From Macrostomum lignano (Eukaryota), in NCBI GenBank assembly GCA_002269645.1, contig NIVC01001549.1, forward strand, positions 186,001 through 250,000: 64,000 bases of DNA. Reading direction: 5' to 3'. The notes beneath the pieces were generated by a model. That model was not told where the DNA came from and ran no database searches. It saw only the letters and a list, made by a program, of their open reading frames with translations. Shown here in pieces: positions 21,889-34,061 of this stretch; position 1 is the stretch's first letter, and each line of letters starts with the position of its first letter. Position numbers and translations under genes: made by a program.

Positions 21889-23411
21889 TCAGCCGCTGTT
21901 GAGACAGTTCCTGAAATTTTGCAAAATTTTTTTTAAAAGAAAGTACGTTTTTAAACGTAAACCAATGATAAAAACATGCCTACTCACATCCAGTCTCTTT
22001 TTTATTTCCTCCTGCACGATGTTTGGAACCCAGTGACGAACTGGCTTCCGAAGTAGGCGCAACAGTAGCTCCTGATCAGGGCAATACCGGGCACTGATTG
22101 CAATTTCCTGCAGGTCTGCGCCATTGCGATCAGCAACTGCTTGAATCCACAGGTAAGTGCGCTCGTCGCTAGGGACAAACTCGAGGCGCAAACCATGCAG
22201 CAAGGCGTCAAAGTTAACAAAATAATACGTATTCATGTTTGACAGCTGCAATGGAAAGCATTCGGAGAAAAATCTGGGCAGAAAGTCAAGCAAAGGCTGC
22301 CGGCTGAACTTGAAGCAAAACTTCCAAGCCGAATCACTGTTCGACAGGTGGTTCCGGACGAGATCTTCTGTGGCGTTATTTGCTGTCATTCTTGCGGACC
22401 AATCGATTCCAAGGCTCACAGGAAACTGCCCAAAGTCAGTCAGAATTTTCACTGCAGCCTCTCGTTGTCCCAACTTGAGACAGTTGAGCGCTCTGAGAGT
22501 CTCCCTAGCGGAGCGAGCGCAGTCTGGCAGTCGATCAGTTAACTCAGCAACTGTCTGCTGCGAATAAGCCTCGCTTTTCGCTGCGCTCAGTAAGTACAAG
22601 CAACGCCTTACCACACCGTAGATCTCGTGGTATTTTAGCTCTTTAGACTGGGACATCGACCCAGGAAGATGTGGCAGAATTTGAAACGGGTGAAAGTAAA
22701 ACACACCAGTCTCACCAAGTGGCTTCAAACTGTTCTTGTATTCTTCTAGATATTGCGGCAGGTTCCTGATCACCGTTTGCACGGCCTCCATTACAGTCTG
22801 CAAGGCTTGAATAACATCTTGCGGACTTTGTAAACTTAATCCTTTCAAATACAAGCTAGCATCGCACAGAAAGAAATGATTCATTATTCTCCCGTTTAAA
22901 TTATTTTCCGTACAGTTTTCTTTGATACTGTCGTATAGAACTTCCAAGGAGCGCTTAATAAGGTTTATTAGATTCTTCGGATATTTCCAAGCTTCCACAG
23001 GGGTTTCTTCGACCAATCGAAATGTCAAGGTTTTAGCGTGATAAGACTTCAAGCCTTGAATGTTTAATTTATCTTTGTTACCAATAACCTTCTTGACGAG
23101 ATACTTGAGCGAGACAAAGACCTGTCCCTGCAAAGTAGTCAGACTTCTCAGCAGTCGCTTCTCCAGAAAAGTTGTGCTCACCCTGAGCTGCTGGCCAGCC
23201 ATGCCGGCTGGGGCTGCGTGGACGATATGACACGGAGAGTCAACCAACTCGTCCTGGAGTGACTTCAGCACGGACTCGAGGATATTCGAGCGCCGCAATC
23301 GTTCCGGTAAAAAAATCGCGATTGGAGGATAGCAGCAGAGGCGACAGGCGTCAACATTGTCCACGGCGGGCTTGAGCTCAGACCCGTTGATCGGTTTGGC
23401 TGGATTCGACG
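21889..23411 (-). CDS. Exon 3 of the ankyrin-cGLR gene: Mab-21/cGAS-like core and helical C-terminal region
   Basis: VDNVDACRLCCYP (third catalytic Asp), LRVSTTFLEKRLL, SLKYL, LKSYHAKTLTFRLVEETPVEAW and MNHFFL match Mab-21 motifs. The acceptor TTCTCCACAG ends at 23412 and is in phase. Confidence 0.85.
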
Positions 23412-24041
23412 CTGTGGAGAAATAAATGGCAAATTCAAATGAAAATAACTTTCGGATACATATAGAATTTGTGAAGCATCCGTTTAAATAAATATTCATG
23501 TGCTTGTTTTACTAGTCGAACATTTTCTGCATTATAAAACATTTAACAAAAGTACATCTACGCCATTCAACTCATAATTTACTTTTTGCCTTAATTGAAC
23601 ACGGCAAAAGATCGCCCACTGATAACTAATTTCAAAGGTGTGTGTGTACGGGTATTGGCTCCGCGATTTAGATCAGCAAACGAGAAGTGAACGCTCGGAA
23701 AACGATGCTGGTCGATCGTAACTTCGAACCTCGATCTACAACATGGAGTCTTGCACCTTTGAACTAGAAGTAACGCTCCTGTTTTTTTCTGTCCCAGTTT
23801 TAATGGCAACTGTCCTTTGTGAACTTTTGATTGGTAAAAACTTATTAGCTGAGTTTATATCCTCCTGCTCTTTTGTCTGTAAAGAGTTTACCTAGTTTAG
23901 TAAAACATAGCAATTAGCCCTATCAAGTAACCAGGGTACACACAAGGCCACAACCCTTTTGGGAATGTTTTTAAGGTTTTCTTTAGTAGGCCAGGTGCTC
24001 CCATAGACTTCGAAATGGCATAAAGTGAAATTAACTCTTAC

Positions 24042-24388
24042 CAAATCCGGAAACGACAATATGACCATCTGCGTACTCCACTTTATCCGACTCGGGTATT
24101 TCCGGGCAGCGACACGCACCTTTCAAGTGATACAGTCTGCCCGGAATCAGCTGCATCATATCGATGTCTGATTCGCTATCTGTACTGCCGTCAAGTACGG
24201 ACAAATTGTTCCCCCAGCCTTCCGAGTAACTACCAACAATGTAATATCCATCGTACGAGTTCATATCGCGAACAATCTGCTGTAGTACATCCGCAACAGC
24301 CGTTTGAAGTGCAACCCTGGAGTCTACAAAGCCTGACAGACGGAGGGCTGAGTGCAGTTCCTCGCTCTGCTGTGAGACGTCTTGCTGG
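24042..24388 (-). CDS. Exon 2 of the ankyrin-cGLR gene: nucleotidyltransferase catalytic motif
   Basis: YIVGSYSEGWG...SDIDMM is the GS..EG...DxD signature. Acceptor TTTTGCAG at 24389 and donor GTAAG at 24041 are both phase-compatible. Confidence 0.85.
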
Positions 24389-24795
24389 CTGCAAAATTAT
24401 TATTGTATTGAAGTTTTCTGTACGTATAATCGAAGTCGCTGTTCGATATAGCGACTTTTGTTTACAGATTCATCCGTGTTTTTATTCATTTGCTAATACC
24501 AGCTTCGTCGCTATTCAAACCGTACGTCAAAACCTGTTTTCCTAATATGATAAATTAATCAGTATTTCCCCTGGTTTCGTTGCTTTCTAAATATCATTCA
24601 TATTGATTCTCCCAAAATCTCTAGCTGCACACCTACAGGTAATAGAAGAACTAAATATACCTTTTTTCCAGACGCTCTACCTTTACAGTAGATAAACTAC
24701 AGAGGTAAAAACTATGACTATTATACATGTAGAATCAACCAATTTTCTGTGGACAGACAGAGGCATTCAGAAATAAAAAAAACATAGATGCTTAC

Positions 24796-26747
24796 CCATC
24801 TGATTTTTCCACAGAATTCGTACTATCTTTAGCTTGGTCCGAAGAATCAGATTTCGACAAGATCTCTTCCACATTCGCTAGCGCCTTTTTTAGCAATGCG
24901 ATTACTTTATAGTGCCGATTTTGCGAAGCAATGAAAACCGGTGTCGCTTTGTAGCTTGTCTGAATCGTTGGGTCTGCCTGTGCTTTAAGAAGCGCATCAA
25001 CCACACTCCCGTGACCTTTCTGCGAGGCAATAAAGAGCGGCGTTTCTCCTGTAATTAGCTGTTAATTCACGCTTGCTTGAGCTGTTAAAAGCAGTTGCAC
25101 AACGTTGCGATGGCCGAATTGTGACGCGACGTAGAGCGGCGATGCGCCTGTTTCAGAGCAGGCGTCGATGTCTGCACCTGCTTTTAGTAGCAAGCGCACA
25201 ATTTGGTAGTGTCCATTTTGTGATGCAATATAGGCCGGTGTCTCTCCGATTTTTGATTGAAGATTAACGTCGGCTCGAGCTTGGATAAGAGACTCGACAA
25301 CTCTTAGGTGACCGTTTTGTGCAGCGATATACAACGGCGTTGCACCGGACTTCGCCTGGAGACTAACATTTGCACCGGATCTAATAAGCAGGTCTACAAC
25401 AATGCAATGACCTTCTTGCGATGCCGTGTAGATGGGTGACAGGCCGCTTCTTGATTGCAAGTTGACTTCGGCTTCGTTCTCGATTAGGCCTTTAACTATT
25501 TTATAATGAGCGTGTTGTGCTGCCACAAGCAACGGTGTCTGACCGAGCTGGTCTTGGGCATTAACCTGAGCTGCGGCTCTAATAAGAGAGCGGACTACCC
25601 TTAGATGTCCATTTTGCGACGCAATAAATATTGGCGTTGCGCCTGAATTTGTTTGAATGTGAATATCCGCGTTTGCTGCGATTAGCAGATCAACCACAAG
25701 GTTGTAACCTTTCTCGGCTGCGATGTATATTGCTGAAGCTCCATTGTTTCTCTGCAAATTAAGATCAGCCTGCCGCTCGATGAGCAGCCGAACGACCTCC
25801 GGGTGGTTTAACTGAGAAGCTATAAACAGTGGTGTCACCCCGTGACTTTCCTGAACGTCGCAGGTGGCTTGCGCTTTCAGTAGTACCTTCACCACTTCAC
25901 CGTGGCCCATGAGAGATGCAATAAACAGTGGTGATTCACCGGAACTTCTTTGAAGGTTTATATCGGCTTGAGCATTGATGAGCAATTCGACTGTGTTAGC
26001 ATGACCCTTCTGTGAAGCGATGTAAATTGGTGTTGCGCCCAAATTTTCTTGCATGTTTACATCAGCTTGAGCTTTGATTAGCTCATCTACAACTCTGATG
26101 TAGCCATTCTGGGAAGCCGTGTACAGTGGCGATGATCCAAATGAGATTTTCTTCGCGTCAACATTAGCGCGTGCCAAAATCAGACGCCTGACAATATCGT
26201 GATGGCCACTTTGGGATGCAATCCAAATTGGAGTGATGCCATTGGTAGTTGCTAAATTCACATCCGCATTGGCTTTAATCAGAGCCTGCACAATAAAACA
26301 GCGGCCCTGCTCTGATGCAATATAAACTGGTGTTGATCCGGAAACGGTTCGAATATTTACATCAGCTTGATAGTCGATCAGCAAATTTACAACGGCAAGG
26401 TGACCCTCCTTGGACGCTAAGTAGAGAGGAGAAATGCCAAAGCTGTTTTGCAGATTGACGCTGGCACCGAAGTCAATCAGGACTCGAGCCGCATCAGTGC
26501 GTCCCTCTCGACTGGCTAAATGTAGAGTGGAGGTGCACATTCTGTCTCCAGTGGGCAGCACCAGTCGGTCAATGTCGGTCCTAGATTTCAATGCCGTTTC
26601 CAAGTCGCGTAAATTTCCATGCTTGATAGCCTGCAGTAAAAATTCTTCAACAGCAGAATCTTTCCAGTCTTGTTTAGTAGAATCGCCAATAGCTTGCATC
26701 AAAGCTGATAGTGCTAGCTTTAAAAGTACACCAACAGCTAGCTGCAT
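24796..26747 (-). CDS. Exon 1 of the ankyrin-cGLR gene: about 17 ankyrin repeats, with an in-frame TAA at 25064-25062
   Basis: 33-aa G-x-TPLxIASxxGHxxVVxxLIxAxADVN repeats continue in frame after the TAA (QLITGETPLFIASQKGH). Donor GTAAG at 24795. Confidence 0.9.
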
Positions 26748-27461
26748 GATTATGTCAAAACATTAGCAATGGTGAAACCAGTATAATTTGTTGGTAATTT
26801 TTTCTGGCCTTTTTACAAATAAAGTTTGTCTGATCTTGTTTTACGAGTATTAAAAATTCCTGTCTTGCAATAAGAGACACTCCTAAGGCTTCAGCAAGTG
26901 CTTTTCAGTTCCTACAGTGTACGCAAAGGCGCAAGGCTGTACAGTGGGGTAGGGAAATAGTGCGTACAAAATGCTTCCATTTTTCCTGAGCGGACTATCT
27001 TTTTCAGACCTCAATCGTACAATGCACGCGTACTAGACGTCTTTTTAAATACTATTTAATATTTTTGGATGAACTTGCTGAAGGCTCGTTTGTACCGTGG
27101 TCATGAGGGGCTGAAAATTGCGTCGCTGTTAAAGTTCGTGGCGCTGCAATGTACAGTGGACGTACCAGGTAAATATGCGTTCAGAGAAGCAATCAATAAT
27201 CATTCAATAGCTTTTCTGCACGGGCGTGCGACAATTAGACTTAATAAAAGTGCTGAATTAGCACATTTGAAAAGACACCTTATCGTAGTTTTAAGAAAGT
27301 CGAAAAGCAATATTAGAGCAATATAAAAAAGTTTACTACGTTTCCCGATGGCTACTCATGCTAGTAGTATTATCCGAATTTTATCTTCCTAAAGATTCAA
27401 GCTGCCGCCATAAAATCTGCTTGGGAATAATAAAAAAAACGGCTGATTACACTTGCCCGAA

Positions 27462-27725
27462 TGTGCAACCGACAGCTCAGCCGCAGCTATTGCGCGGCGC
27501 ATCTGAAGGCTGCGTACGGCTGTTCAGTCCAAGGACTGGGGAGTCGCCTGTCACCACACACACCTTCAATTACCCCAGCTAATGCTGGCACCCATTTTAC
27601 AGTTGAGTAAACTGAAGCAATTGAGAGTTAAGTTTCTTACTAAAGGACACAAATTGTTCCGAGTGGGTCGAGAATCGAACCCCGACCTTACAGTCATGAC
27701 TCTATAACCACCAGGCTAAAACTAC
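27462..27725 (-). mobile_element. tRNA-derived CORE-type SINE, copy 1
   Basis: A/B-box head (TAGCCTGGTGG...GGTTCGATTC) and CORE-like GTGTCCTT...CTGTAAAATGGG. The 3' tail is shared with the copies at 40329-40590 and 61355-61619. Confidence 0.85.
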
Positions 27726-29298
27726 TTTGGGAATAAATTTCAGAAGGACACTTAACTTGAAAAGAAGCGCTGTGCAACTCATTAGCTTGAAAACCATCGG
27801 CATAGGCCAATTTTCGGAAACTTTCAAGTCAAAGCTGGAAATACCTGTAGAAAATAGACGATTATGTTGAAAGTTTTTAAAGTGCTAATAAATTATTGAA
27901 GTCAAGGCAGCGAAAATTGCCTACCAAAAGTCTACACTACCTCCAAACCCAGTTGTAACAGCCATCCTTACGTCTCAGGAAGAAATAAATTCTCAATTTT
28001 AGTAACGCGGGTTCAAATTTTGGCCACCCACCGGCAAGCGGACTAAGTTTATTGCTAGCAAGGCATGCAGTCAGCTATGAACTTTTCTTAGCGACAGTTT
28101 TATGACTGGGTGAGCTAACCCCCCCCCCCCTGTGGAATTGCTTTGCTAATACTTAATGCAGGAGATAGCGAGGAGTTATTTCTTGCTAGAATTTATTTCT
28201 ACAGTTTCATAAAGTAAATCGTAAACAGTTCTAGCAAAATAAATCAAGATGTATACTTAGGCTGTTGTTTAATTACTTCCAATGCGTAATCTGCATAGTA
28301 TGCAAAAGTGCACGCATAGCACTCGCTATCATGCTTACATGTAGGTGTCTCGATTCCAAATAATGCAATTTTTCACGGATCTCGGAATTGCCATTTCGAC
28401 TCTGACAAAAGATTTACGATTCGCATTCCGCATTGAAATGATTTATGGCGGCAGAGGAGTCTGCTTCTCTGTACATGGACAAGCAACCCTCCAGCTTGTG
28501 CTTTCTAGTCTTTGCAAATCTGTAGGCTTATAGGAACTATACTAGACAGTTTCCAAAGATTATGAAATATCTGGAACGTCTTTGAATTATGATATCGGAA
28601 CACATGTATTTGCACGGAAGCTAAGTCAAACTATAATATACAATTAGTTACGTACATTGTACTTATCCTGAAATAATAATATTTTCGGCAATAGGCATGG
28701 ATAGCACACGCTGCAGTAGTGTCAGAGACAAGAGACAATACCAATCGAGAATTATTAATAAATCCAATGAAGATTGTGACAAAATGATTTAATGGGAAGA
28801 AATGGTTACATATATAAAAAGCAGAAGCAGTTCTTACTAAAAGAAGAAGCCGCAAAGAAAGAGCCGGTAGCTACTAGCTTTGCTACACAAGATAGAACAA
28901 GCTCGACGGAGTTGAACCGTAAGAGCCTCAATACAAAAAACATAATTGAGTACACATAATAGTGAGGGAAATTTGATTTTGTGAAGTCAACCTTGAAAAT
29001 TAAAGCTGCGTCGCGATCAATACTGGAAATTTTCTGGGCCTTATGAAGCCCTAATATACGGTCGACTCAAGCAGAGTTTTCTCCAAACCGGCCTCAAACG
29101 AAATTTGTACAGTGTTAGAGTGTAGCGGCATTTTACTTTAGTAGTCAATGGCCCAGTACGTAATATTATTATAGAAATAGGCAGCATTTTCGAATGGCTT
29201 GCTTAGTTGCTTATCAATAGAATTGTGATAATGATAGCTCGTACTAACTAGTAACAATGCCCATAGTGCGTCACTGCTCGTTACCAAAATCGTTCAAA

Positions 29299-32200
29299 TT
29301 AAGTTTCTCCAGCTCCACTTGACTGCGTCAAAGCGAACATTGGAGCCTGCGCAATGAGCAGCTCAACGGCGTCCTCGCGCCCCAGTTCCCGCAGCACGTC
29401 AACCAGAGCTCCGACATTGGTGCCGCCCGGCCCGCCGACTCGTCGCCACTCGTCCAGCAGGACAGCCGTGCGGCTGCGCAGCCACTCGTTGCCGCTGTGC
29501 ACCGCGGGCACGGAGTGGGTCAGGCCGAGCCGCACTGCCAGCAGGCACCAGTCCTTGCCGAGCGGATCCGGCGGGTCAAACATGCGGCAGAGGCGCTGCA
29601 GAGTCGGGGCTCTAAGCGACGACAGTGGAAGCTGGGGGCCCAGGGTTAGATGCGACAGTAGCTCTCGGCTGCCAAAGCAGATCAGATTTTCCAGGTCCTC
29701 TTCTTCTTCCTCCTCGTCTTGTGTCTCATCGCACGTTGAACCGCTGGCGGGAAACGCGATCGGGATAGTTGGCGGCGGAAAGCTGATCAAGCTGCCCGAC
29801 TCACTGGACTCCCCTGTTGTGCTTTGGTGCTTCTGCATTGCTCGAAACACGGCACTCTGCGGCACGGCCAGTTTAAGTCTCCTTGGAAACTGACGCAGCT
29901 CTTTCGGGCTGAGCAAAGCCAGATCGAACTCTAGGCCGGGGCACATGTCGTCAATTGTCTGCTCCAACAGGCCGGCGATGTCTTGGCAGATACCAAACAG
30001 AAGCTGGGCCCGGGCCGGCGGACCCCTGGCTCTAAGTCGGATCAGCTGATCCGATTCTTCGAGTTGCAGCATGCACTCGACGCAGCCTTCCAGAGACAGT
30101 TTTGAGCCGTGGAACCATTGGAAGAGATCGATGCGCAGCGGCTCCAAAGGCGGTGGTCTGCAGGCGGCTGCTTGAATACTCCGACGCAGACGGCACTGAA
30201 CTCGAGGGAAAATATGCACTAGCTGGGAGGCGGCCATCGATGCCTTCAGTTGCCAGCCGCCATACACTGAGTTCTCGTGCTGAGCTGTCGGCTCCCATGG
30301 ACTTCGGCCGCTCTCCAAGAAGTTCAAACAGGGAAACTCGTACTGAACATCTTCGTCACTGTCAGAATCTTCGGCGCCACCATCGAGGTCAGCTCGAGTG
30401 CAGAGATCCAGTGCAGACAGCAGTCGAACCAGCTGATCAGCAGCAGTTTCACCCGTCATGAACTGAACGTCATTCACTGAGAATGTACCTGTGACGCGAG
30501 CCTGCGCAATGTTGTCATACGACAAAAGATAGCCTAGTACATCGGAACAGAGCCACTGCGGACTGAGCACAATCATGTCCTGCTCTACTTCTGATTCTAG
30601 GTAGACGACATCGCCGGTGTATTGCAGCTCCTGGATGAGATCTTTCAGATGATCATCTGAGCATAATGGGTTGACTTTGCCCCTTACGGCTTCAATAAAC
30701 TGCTGCCAGGTGAAAACTGGGAATTCTGTGGCTCCAGCCCATTCTGGTAGTCGGCTCGCCACAGTGTCGAGAAGACCATTGCCTCGAGGCAGGTGCCGCA
30801 AAATTTCCGTTCGCCAATCAGCCAGTCTCTGTCGAAGCGACTTCATTTCAGCAGACATTGCCTCGCTGGTGTCAACCGCGAAGACCTCGTGGCAAACTTC
30901 GAGCCTGTACTGAGCCAATTCCTGCACCTCGAGAAGCAATCGGTCAGCGTCTGCACTCTCAAGGAGACCACGCGGTCCGTCGCCACGAAAGACAGTCGCC
31001 GCATCTGCGTGCGTTCCAATTAGCAGCACTCGGGCGAGGGTCTTTGGCTTGCCGCAGTATCCTAGAGGTTCCCTTGGTGGCAATCGGGCCAGCAAAAAGT
31101 GCAGCCAGAACAGGACCCTCTGACGCATCGTCTCGTAGCATTCCGCTAAGCTGAACAGAATGGCGTGTACGCACGAAGTGTCGCCAATAAAATGATCGTA
31201 AAACAGATAGTAGGGCTCGTAACCAGAGAATTCCCACACGCTGAAGTCCCCAGCGCCAGTGATGTTCAAGTTTTGAACAGCTATGCCGCGTGTGTAGGCC
31301 TCGTGTTGGGCGTCAAAGCTAATTTCTGATGGTGCAGAGGACCGCTGCAACAGCGAGAAGCACTGCCGTCGGTCCAACTCGTCGTCACAGTCGCCAACAA
31401 TTACTTGACCAGTGGAGGCGCCGCTTCCCCCACCGCCGCCGCTGCCGCCGGCAAGAAACGTCCGACGCAAAAAGCCGGTGATTCGGTTCGAGCGCAAACT
31501 GTCAATTAGAGCAGTCTTTCCGCTGCCGCTGTGACCGAACACCTTCAGCTTGATTCTGGGCAGGCTGCGCTGAGTAGGCACCAGCTGCTCAACGCAGACC
31601 GCTCGTCGCTCAGGTCGCATCCGGCCCAGTAAACTGGCCGTCATTGTGTGACCCTGCGCGAGTGACATAACCTCGGGTAGAAGGCCCTCTTGACTCGCCA
31701 GCTGCGGATTAGCGCCGGCGAGAAGAAGACAGCGAACAACTTCAAGATGACCAGCTCTGGCCGTTTGATGCAGTGGCGTGAGTCCTTGGACGTTGACAGC
31801 GTCAACTCGACAACCGTAGGCACACAGCGCTTGGACAACTGGCAGCTGCCCTAAACGACTCGCTGCATGCAATGGAGAGTCGCGTTCCGACGAGTCGAGC
31901 TGATCAAGCGGTGCTCCAGCGCTTATTAGTAGCATAGCCATAGCCTGGTGCTGTCGTTGAATAGCATGTCGCAGCGGACCCCAGCCCTCGCTGTCCGGAA
32001 TATCCGGTCGAGCCCCGGCACGAAGGAGGACGCGCGCGACTTCGATGCCCAAGGATTCGCTGACGATCTCGGAGGCCGCTATCACTAGCGGCGTGCGCTG
32101 GTGCCGCCTGTCGCGCGAATTCGGACTGGCGCGTCGACTGCCGAGTAGAAGTAGGCGCAGAATAGTCAGGTGACCCCCGCGACAGGCCAGGTGTAGCGGC

Positions 32201-32637
32201 GTCTCACCAGCTCGATTCTGGCCCTCCGGGCACACCGATCTATCCAGGAAAAAAGCCGCCACCTCGTCGTTGCCGACGTGGCTAGCCAGGTGAAGACCAT
32301 TTTCGCAATCGGTGTTCAACTGGTGCAGGTCGGCGCCTCGCTGCTCCAACACCATCAGAGCCTCGACGGAACCGCTATCCGCCGCAACGTGCACGACCGT
32401 TCGACCACTGCTGTCGCGACAGTTCAGGTCGACAGTAGGCGGCAGCGTCAGCAATGCGTCGCGAACTTGGCTGGGATCGCCGCTTGCGGCAGCTTCAAAC
32501 AGGCCGGCCAGCGGGAAGGACGCATCACCGCCTGCCGCTTCGCCTTCGCCGATATTCAAAGAAGCGTCGTTGGCATCGTTCGCCAAGGAGTTGACGCCGT
32601 CCGCAATGCTTGAGCCGTCAATTTCTAGTAGACTCAT
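29299..32637 (-). CDS. DAPK1: DAPK-family ROCO protein (ANK x8-9, ROC, COR, death domain); no kinase domain in the ORF; 1112 aa
   Basis: RIKLKVFGHSGSGKT (P-loop), TRGI, VWEFSGYEPYY and THAD are DAPK-type ROC motifs. The death domain reads DPLGKDWCLLAVRLGL...LRELGREDAVELL. An in-frame TAA lies two codons upstream of the ATG. Confidence 0.9.
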   Translation of the reverse strand: MSLLEIDGSSIADGVNSLANDANDASLNIGEGEAAGGDASFPLAGLFEAAASGDPSQVRDALLTLPPTVDLNCRDSSGRTVVHVAADSGSVEALMVLEQRGADLHQLNTDCENGLHLASHVGNDEVAAFFLDRSVCPEGQNRAGETPLHLACRGGHLTILRLLLLGSRRASPNSRDRRHQRTPLVIAASEIVSESLGIEVARVLLRAGARPDIPDSEGWGPLRHAIQRQHQAMAMLLISAGAPLDQLDSSERDSPLHAASRLGQLPVVQALCAYGCRVDAVNVQGLTPLHQTARAGHLEVVRCLLLAGANPQLASQEGLLPEVMSLAQGHTMTASLLGRMRPERRAVCVEQLVPTQRSLPRIKLKVFGHSGSGKTALIDSLRSNRITGFLRRTFLAGGSGGGGGSGASTGQVIVGDCDDELDRRQCFSLLQRSSAPSEISFDAQHEAYTRGIAVQNLNITGAGDFSVWEFSGYEPYYLFYDHFIGDTSCVHAILFSLAECYETMRQRVLFWLHFLLARLPPREPLGYCGKPKTLARVLLIGTHADAATVFRGDGPRGLLESADADRLLLEVQELAQYRLEVCHEVFAVDTSEAMSAEMKSLRQRLADWRTEILRHLPRGNGLLDTVASRLPEWAGATEFPVFTWQQFIEAVRGKVNPLCSDDHLKDLIQELQYTGDVVYLESEVEQDMIVLSPQWLCSDVLGYLLSYDNIAQARVTGTFSVNDVQFMTGETAADQLVRLLSALDLCTRADLDGGAEDSDSDEDVQYEFPCLNFLESGRSPWEPTAQHENSVYGGWQLKASMAASQLVHIFPRVQCRLRRSIQAAACRPPPLEPLRIDLFQWFHGSKLSLEGCVECMLQLEESDQLIRLRARGPPARAQLLFGICQDIAGLLEQTIDDMCPGLEFDLALLSPKELRQFPRRLKLAVPQSAVFRAMQKHQSTTGESSESGSLISFPPPTIPIAFPASGSTCDETQDEEEEEEDLENLICFGSRELLSHLTLGPQLPLSSLRAPTLQRLCRMFDPPDPLGKDWCLLAVRLGLTHSVPAVHSGNEWLRSRTAVLLDEWRRVGGPGGTNVGALVDVLRELGREDAVELLIAQAPMFALTQSSGAGET

Positions 32638-34061
32638 TACTTAGCTCTTAATTTGCATAATTTGAGCAGGCAGCGGTTGTAGTAGTGCGAGTTGCGGTAA
32701 GTGTCAGTTGATTAGAATTTCTATAGCTGCTCAATTTGATCAGGCCTCGGACCGAAAGCTGATTTGTTCGATCTTATTACATAGCCATCGGCGATTGGGC
32801 TGGGGCGGGGTTCGGGGTCAGACAGCTTCTAGTTCCAGCAGCGGGATCCGGGGTTGTTCGGGATAATATATGCAGAGTGTGTGGCAAATGCTGGGGCTTT
32901 GCTGGGAACGGAAGGATGGCATTGGGAGGGATTGGGGCACGCCACCGCGATAGAGAGAGAGAGAGAGAGAAGATGAGGAGAGAGGCGGGAGGGGGCGCTG
33001 CATTTTCAGTGGGTGGAAAAACGAATGCGCAGAGCTGACTGCAGGCACTGCGCGAGACTTGCGGCCATGAGCGATGGGACAGAAAAAAAAAGAGAGGCAG
33101 AGAGAGACCGTTGGATGGGGGAGAGGAGGGAGACTCCGAGACAGCCGACAGACGGTTTATCTGAGCGGAGGAGAGGGGGGGCCGGCCGCGGATTGTTAGG
33201 GCAGGCAGGCATTGCGTGTAGCAATAGCGACGCGAGGTGGAAGGGACGAAGGTAAAGTCCTCTCTGAGTGGCCGTAGGGACGACTGCTCGAGACCTCGTC
33301 CGAGGGTTGGAGGGCCCGGTTGCGCAAATTCCTCGGACATGAGTTCCTGCGAGGAAGGAATTAGGAATAGTGAGAGAGTCGGGGAAAAAACACAGCTTTA
33401 GAGAGTGTTGAGGGAGTAGTCTCAAAATAGGTCCTCGGAGGCCCAGGGCAGAGGGGGCATTTGAGCGCTTGATGAGTGCGTTAAGTTCGAACGGCAGTGC
33501 TGCTGCTGCTGCTGTTGGCAGACGAAAAAATTGAACGCGGGTGGGAGGGGGGGGTAGCGGATCAGCAGGGAGTTGACTGAGATGCTGAATACAAATGCTA
33601 CATCATGCTATAGTACAGTTCTGCTTGTCTCGCGAAGACAAATAGGCAAAATCTGGAGTCAAGAGAGCAGCAAGCAAGCTATATGATCTAGAGTGAAATT
33701 TTATTGCTAGCGCTACGGTGTCTCACTGAAAGGATTTCGCAAGCGCAAACAGCGTCGCTATAACTACTCTGTAAAAAATAGTATCGTCTTTCCTTTCTAA
33801 CCTCAAAAAGAAGGATAAAACCCCGAACTTCAAAAATAAGGATGTCTTGCAGTAAATATGCTCTAAACAGCCAGTTAGCCGTCAAGACGCCACAAGTACA
33901 TACAGAGGCGGCAAAATGCAGCACAGAGTACTGACTGCACTCAAACGTGTGGTCACGTCAGTCACCTGCATCCCCACTGCAGCAGTGAGCGGCCGTGAAG
34001 TTCTAAACTAGCAATCTGGATTGGAAACTCATGAAGGACTTGGCCATCACCAGGGAGCTTT

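Noticed and set aside
29354-32644. Plus-strand ORFs overlapping the DAPK-like gene, and antisense ORFs over gag/pol and the ankyrin gene
   Set aside because: They are shadow frames of strongly supported coding sequences on the opposite strand.
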